From the NCBI GenBank assembly GCA_018816445.1, contig JAHIVO010000001.1:8354-72353 (forward strand): DNA of 64,000 nucleotides. Reading direction: 5' to 3'. The notes under the pieces were generated by a model. The model ran no database searches. It saw only the letters and a list, made by a program, of their open reading frames with translations, and was not told the DNA's origin. Both the position numbers and the translations under genes were made by a program. The stretch comes from Patescibacteria group bacterium. GTDB taxonomy: Bacteria > Patescibacteriota > Patescibacteriia > UBA10025 > JAHIVO01. How positions within the stretch are numbered: position 1 is the first letter of the stretch; each line of letters begins with the position of its first letter. Positions 59,583 to 64,000 of this stretch are shown in pieces.

Positions 59583-60038
59583 ATGACCATGGAAGTAATA
59601 TTATTGTCAGAAATAAAGAATGTAGGGCATAAAGGTGAATTAAAAAATGTTTCCGACGGTTTTGCGCGCAATTATCTGTTACGGAAAAAAGTTGCTCTTA
59701 TTGCCACACCCGCCTTAAAGCATCAGATTCAGGTTGAACTAGCCAGGATTAACAAGAAAGAAAAAAATGAAAATGTACAGATCAATAAACTAGCTTCGCA
59801 ATTAAAGAATTTCAGCGTTAATATATCAGCCAAGGCTAACGAAGATGGAACTCTTTTTAGCGGCATTAATAAAAATAACATTTTAGAAAGTATAAACAAT
59901 AAGATCAATTCCTCATTAAAAACGGATATGATTATCCTGAACAGACCGATCAAACAGATTGGTGAACATAATGTAATAATTAAGGTAAATAATAAAGAGT
60001 ATAAGATAAAAGTAATTATAAATAATCATGACACCTAA
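59583..60038 (+). CDS. rplI: 50S ribosomal protein L9
   Basis: MEVILL...G..GELKNVSDGFARNYL, GTLFSG, PIKQIGEH. Confidence 0.93.
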   Translation: MTMEVILLSEIKNVGHKGELKNVSDGFARNYLLRKKVALIATPALKHQIQVELARINKKEKNENVQINKLASQLKNFSVNISAKANEDGTLFSGINKNNILESINNKINSSLKTDMIILNRPIKQIGEHNVIIKVNNKEYKIKVIINNHDT

Positions 60039-61719
60039 AGAATGCAAGTATATATTTGTTTCAGGCGGGGTATTATCCGGCTTGGGCAAGGGGGTAGCGG
60101 CTGCTTCTTTAGCGTACTTGCTTCAAAATCGTGGCTATAAAGTAAGCGTTATCAAGTGTGAGAATTATCTGAATATTGATTCAGGCACTATTAATCCCGT
60201 TGAACACGGAGATCCTTTTTTATGTGAGGACGGCTTAGAGGCTGATATGGACCTGGGAACATACGAAAGATTTTTAAATCAGGAAATGGGCCAGAAAAAT
60301 TTTACAACTACCGGGCAAATATACAAGACTGTTATTGATAGAGAAAGATCTTTTGGCTATAACGGCGAAGATGTTGAGGCTATCCCGCATGTGGTTGATG
60401 AAATCAGCAGAAGGATTAAGCAGGCTGGTGAAGGCAGTGACATTATTATTATTGAATTAGGCGGCACAGCCGGTGAATATCAAAATATGCTTTATTATGA
60501 ATCGTGCCGGATTATGAAAGCAAAAATGCCTGGTCGCGTGTTAAACATCCATGTCAGCTATGTGCCGATGCCTAAGCACATTGGGGAACCTAAAACCATG
60601 CCTACACAGTTATCAATGAGAACTGTCATGAGTATGGGTATTATGCCGGAATTCCTGGTCCTACGCAGCGAGGCAGAGCTAGATAAGAGACGGCGTTATT
60701 TACTAGGTTTAAAATGTAATGTCTCGGGGGATAATGTCATTATGGCCCCTGACTTAGATAGTATTTATGAATTACCCTTGATTTTTGCAAAGCAAAATTT
60801 TGATAGAAATATATTAAAGTTCTTTAAATTAAATTATCGTCAACCACATCTGGGTGAATGGAAAAAACTTATTAATAAAGTTAAATCAAAAAAGAAAAAA
60901 AGTGTAGAAATTATCATTGCTGGAAAATATTATAGTGCTACAGATTACGGATTGTATGATACATATGCCGCTTTAATAGAATCAATTAAACACGCCTGCT
61001 GGTTTCACAATGTTGGCTTGGATTTAAAAGTCATTAGCACTGAAGCTATTGAAAATAAAGGAATAAAAATTTTAGGCAAGCCAGATGGAATTATAGTGCC
61101 AATAGGCTGGGGCAATAGGGGAGTTGAAGGAAAAATCATGACAATAAAATATGCTCGGGAAAAGAAAATCCCTTATCTGGGTTTGTGTTATGGTATGCAA
61201 TTGGCTTGTGTTGAATTCGCCAGAAATGTTGTTGGCTTAAAAGACGCTAATTCTGAAGAAATTGATCCTAATACAAAAAATCCCATTATTCATAGCATAC
61301 CAATGAGCAGCAAATATCAAACCATTAAAGGCAAGGGAACCTCAATGCGTTTAGGTGCTTATAATTGTTATTTATTTGAAAAGAGTTTAGCTGCTTCAAT
61401 ATACTTAAAATATGAAGCTGGCGAAGTGATATCAGACAACAAAAAAACAAGAGAAAAGATTACGGCTAAAGGGAATGTAAAAATATCCGAACGTCATCGC
61501 CATCGTTATGAATTCAATAATAAATATAGGTCTGTATTAGAGGAAAAAGGAATGATCATTTCCGGTACTTCAGCTGATGATTTTTTCGTTGAAATGATAG
61601 AATTACCCAAAACAATGCATCCATTTTTTATTGCTACCCAAGGTCACCCGGAATATAAGTCTAAACCTCTAAAGCCGCATCCACTTTTAATAGAATTCGT
61701 TAAAGTCTGCCAAAAATAA
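60028..61719 (+). CDS. pyrG: CTP synthase
   Basis: GGVLSGLGKG, DLGTYERF, IPHV, ELGGT, GLCYGMQ, ERHRHRYE, QGHPE. Confidence 0.95.
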   Translation: MTPKECKYIFVSGGVLSGLGKGVAAASLAYLLQNRGYKVSVIKCENYLNIDSGTINPVEHGDPFLCEDGLEADMDLGTYERFLNQEMGQKNFTTTGQIYKTVIDRERSFGYNGEDVEAIPHVVDEISRRIKQAGEGSDIIIIELGGTAGEYQNMLYYESCRIMKAKMPGRVLNIHVSYVPMPKHIGEPKTMPTQLSMRTVMSMGIMPEFLVLRSEAELDKRRRYLLGLKCNVSGDNVIMAPDLDSIYELPLIFAKQNFDRNILKFFKLNYRQPHLGEWKKLINKVKSKKKKSVEIIIAGKYYSATDYGLYDTYAALIESIKHACWFHNVGLDLKVISTEAIENKGIKILGKPDGIIVPIGWGNRGVEGKIMTIKYAREKKIPYLGLCYGMQLACVEFARNVVGLKDANSEEIDPNTKNPIIHSIPMSSKYQTIKGKGTSMRLGAYNCYLFEKSLAASIYLKYEAGEVISDNKKTREKITAKGNVKISERHRHRYEFNNKYRSVLEEKGMIISGTSADDFFVEMIELPKTMHPFFIATQGHPEYKSKPLKPHPLLIEFVKVCQK

Positions 61720-61729
61720 TTTTCATAAC

Positions 61730-61761
61730 AAAAAACCGTCTTATTAAGTGACGATTTTTTT
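61730..61761. terminator. Probable bidirectional intrinsic terminator between pyrG and rpmA
   Basis: AAAAAACCGTC-TTATTAAGT-GACGATTTTTTT inverted repeat flanked by A and T tracts. Confidence 0.6.
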
Positions 61762-61771
61762 AATATAATAT

Positions 61772-62050
61772 TTAAAAGGGAATTACATTTACAAACATTG
61801 TAGGCGTAAGCTTGCCATTGTACTTCCGTACTTTTTTGTTAATAAATTCAACTTTACCCTTACATGTAGCAAATATTGTATCATTTCTGCCAAGTTTTAC
61901 ATTTTTGCCAGGCTTGAATTTTGTGCCTCGCTGTCGTACTATAATACTGCCAATATTGGTTGTTTGACCAGCGAACAATTTTACACCTAGTCTTTTTGAT
62001 TGACTATCCCGGCCTAAACTGGTTGTTCCGGTGCCTTTTACGTGTGCCAT
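61772..62050 (-). CDS. rpmA: 50S ribosomal protein L27
   Basis: [32 protein letters not shown]. Confidence 0.96.
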   Translation of the reverse strand: MAHVKGTGTTSLGRDSQSKRLGVKLFAGQTTNIGSIIVRQRGTKFKPGKNVKLGRNDTIFATCKGKVEFINKKVRKYNGKLTPTMFVNVIPF

Positions 62051-62090
62051 AGTTAAATTATATCAATTATTTATAAATTATTTGATTATT

Positions 62091-62119
62091 ATCTTAAACT
62101 AATGCAGGAAGATTGTCAA
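62091..62119 (-). promoter_or_regulatory. Sigma70-type promoter of rpmA
   Basis: TTGACA-N17-TAAGAT. Confidence 0.6.
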
Positions 62120-62133
62120 GATAATTCTCTAAA

Positions 62134-62418
62134 TTATTTAAAAGGACTTAAGATTTCCTGATTATATTGCTCTAAGCTCTCTTTCTTTTCAATAATGTTA
62201 GTATTAATTTTATTTAATAAATCTATGTTGACTTTTTGTTTTTTTGCAATAATCTCACTTTTATCAATTTCTTTTTGAGCAATTATATTAGAATACAAAG
62301 TATTATAGTTATAGTAGGCAAACCAGGCGATAATTATTAAAGAAATTAGATAAACAATTAATTTCAAATTATTCTTAATTACTTTGGTTATTTTTTTGAG
62401 AATGCTTTCAGGCTTCAT
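62134..62418 (-). CDS. Small single-TM protein at the end of the pilMNO operon
   Basis: One TM helix, ends in SPFK; start moved to ATG 62418, 4 bp after the pilO-like stop. Confidence 0.6.
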   Translation of the reverse strand: MKPESILKKITKVIKNNLKLIVYLISLIIIAWFAYYNYNTLYSNIIAQKEIDKSEIIAKKQKVNIDLLNKINTNIIEKKESLEQYNQEILSPFK

Positions 62419-62422
62419 TTGT

Positions 62423-62944
62423 TTATTGTGTATAGATATAAGCAATAAGAACGGCCTCAATATCATCTCCTGAACGGTTTATTGATAAGTCGTAGATATT
62501 AACATAGAAATCAAGATTTTCTATATTAACCAGATATTTTGAAAAATTTTGCCAATTTCCTTTAGTATTTAAAGTAATTGAAATTTTATCCTTAATATCT
62601 GATTGACTTGAGATATTTAAATTAATATTCTGCGTCACTTGATTATCGGTTGCTAAGTTTTCCAGTGTTGAAATCAGATTTAGGAAATTGTTCTTGTCAA
62701 TGAATACTTTTGCAATTGTATCAGCATCACTTTTTATTTGAAAATAATCATCTCTAGTTGATTCTATGTTTTGACGCTGTTGTTCATAAATTGCAAGCTT
62801 TACTCTTTTATCGTAAATCTTTTCATCGAGCAGATTGATACTGCTGTATAATGGGAACAATCCAAAAATTATTATAGCAATTATTAAAACTCCAATTATA
62901 CCACTTAAAATTAGTATTTTTTTTGAATTATTAAGTTTGATCAT
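62423..62944 (-). CDS. PilO-like type IV pilus assembly protein
   Basis: TM + coiled coil + GNWQNFSKYLVNIENL; follows pilM/pilN; start moved to ATG 62944. Confidence 0.65.
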   Translation of the reverse strand: MIKLNNSKKILILSGIIGVLIIAIIIFGLFPLYSSINLLDEKIYDKRVKLAIYEQQRQNIESTRDDYFQIKSDADTIAKVFIDKNNFLNLISTLENLATDNQVTQNINLNISSQSDIKDKISITLNTKGNWQNFSKYLVNIENLDFYVNIYDLSINRSGDDIEAVLIAYIYTQ

Positions 62945-63488
62945 AAAATTTTTCGGTAAATTCGCCAAGTATTTGAAAATCAATATTTTCTTTTTTTATC
63001 AAATTGGAAATTGGAGATACGATTTTTGTAAAGAATACAAAATTTTCAAAATTTTCATTCAATTCAAGTAGATTTTCTCTGGTTAGTGCTTTTCCGGAAA
63101 TTGTAAATTTTTTATTTATGGCATCAAATTTTATGCTAGATAATACTATTCCATCCGGGATTATTGATGAAGATTTATCAATAAATCCGGACCACTCTAT
63201 GTATTCAGCCTGGATGCCTTCAATTAAGACCAGCTGCTGATTCAATTCCTCGATAGTATCTTCAATAGAGGTTATCTTTTCTTGTTCAAGTAGGCTAATT
63301 TCCCCTTCAATATTTTCATCTAAGGATTCATTTTCATTATTAAGTAGTAAATAATTAAAATAAAGGGTGATAGATATGATTAATACTAAGCTTATGGCTA
63401 AAAAAGAAATATGCTTAATAATATAGTATACTTTTAATTTGCGTAAACTATTTTTCTCCTCATGGCCTAGTAAGTTAAATGAAATCAT
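62931..63488 (-). CDS. PilN-like type IV pilus assembly protein
   Basis: FNLL N-terminal motif, TM, WS...IPDGIVL, ISGKA. Confidence 0.75.
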   Translation of the reverse strand: MISFNLLGHEEKNSLRKLKVYYIIKHISFLAISLVLIISITLYFNYLLLNNENESLDENIEGEISLLEQEKITSIEDTIEELNQQLVLIEGIQAEYIEWSGFIDKSSSIIPDGIVLSSIKFDAINKKFTISGKALTRENLLELNENFENFVFFTKIVSPISNLIKKENIDFQILGEFTEKFYDQT

Positions 63489-64000
63489 ATAATATTGCTA
63501 TCCTTTAAAGATAACCCGATAACTGTGCTGTAAGGAAGGAAATCAGTTTTCCAGTTTTTATAATTTGTAGCAGTACAATTTGTCCAGGGATTGCCGACAG
63601 ATACAGTTCTTTTGAGTTTTTTTTCTAAGTATCTAGGCAATCCATCCATTCTACTGACACTGCCGGTAATAATTACTTTATCTATTTTACTATTGTTGCT
63701 GTCCATGTAATTTTCATAATATTCAATATTTTCAATAGCTTTATTTATTAGCCTGTTAATAGCAGGTTCAAGAATTTTTTTTATCTGACCACGGGCTTTG
63801 TTGTCATTTAAACCGCAGATAACTTTTGCTTTTTCAGCGTCCTTGATATCAAGTTTGATTGACTTAGCAATGATTTTTGTCATTTCCTGTCCGCCAATAT
63901 CAATAGTAGAATTATACTGGATTGTGCCTCCGGCATAAACTATTACGTTGGTTCGGCTTTTCCCTAAATCTATTATTAAACAAGATTGCTTCATATTGTT
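63485..64000 (-). CDS. pilM: PilM-like actin-fold type IV pilus assembly protein (3' part; runs off the window)
   Basis: IIDLGKSRT, IGG..MT, AEKAK, VIITGS, GNPW, VIGLSL; frame open to the window edge. Confidence 0.8.
   Translation of the reverse strand, partial: NNMKQSCLIIDLGKSRTNVIVYAGGTIQYNSTIDIGGQEMTKIIAKSIKLDIKDAEKAKVICGLNDNKARGQIKKILEPAINRLINKAIENIEYYENYMDSNNSKIDKVIITGSVSRMDGLPRYLEKKLKRTVSVGNPWTNCTATNYKNWKTDFLPYSTVIGLSLKDSNII

Overview
AT-rich bacterial window, most likely Patescibacteria/CPR (inferred from the PEGA-murA-ctpA-acyP-rplI-pyrG-rpmA-pilMNO neighbourhood and the rarity of Shine-Dalgarno motifs). TGA is used as a stop, so the code is 11. About 55 kb (1-55.3 kb) is one mosaic cell-surface glycan locus. 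It encodes nucleotide-sugar pathways (UDP-GlcA/xylose, a WbpA/B/D/E-type diacetamido-uronic acid route, an FnlA/FnlC-type L-6-deoxy-HexNAc route, RfbH, RmlABCD), 13 GT2/GT4 glycosyltransferases, 2 flippases, 3 methyltransferases, AhcY and 4 GT-C-like polytopic membrane proteins. Three things stand out. (i) A sulfate-activation cassette (RHH - alkaline-phosphatase-fold enzyme - cysD - cysN - RHH, with a second AP-fold enzyme beside a flippase) has no APS kinase, reductase or classical sulfotransferase in the window, and CysD and both small RHH proteins share an RLxxL(G/D)Y(L/M) C-terminal tail. (ii) A GT-C + exported protein + 4-TM protein module occurs twice, with a third partial copy. (iii) An unannotated pseudogene remnant records replacement of a sugar reductase by a divergent homologue. 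The last ~9 kb is housekeeping and type IV pilus assembly genes. No rRNA, tRNA, CRISPR or IS element was seen. All calls come from motif recognition by eye; no database searches were run.
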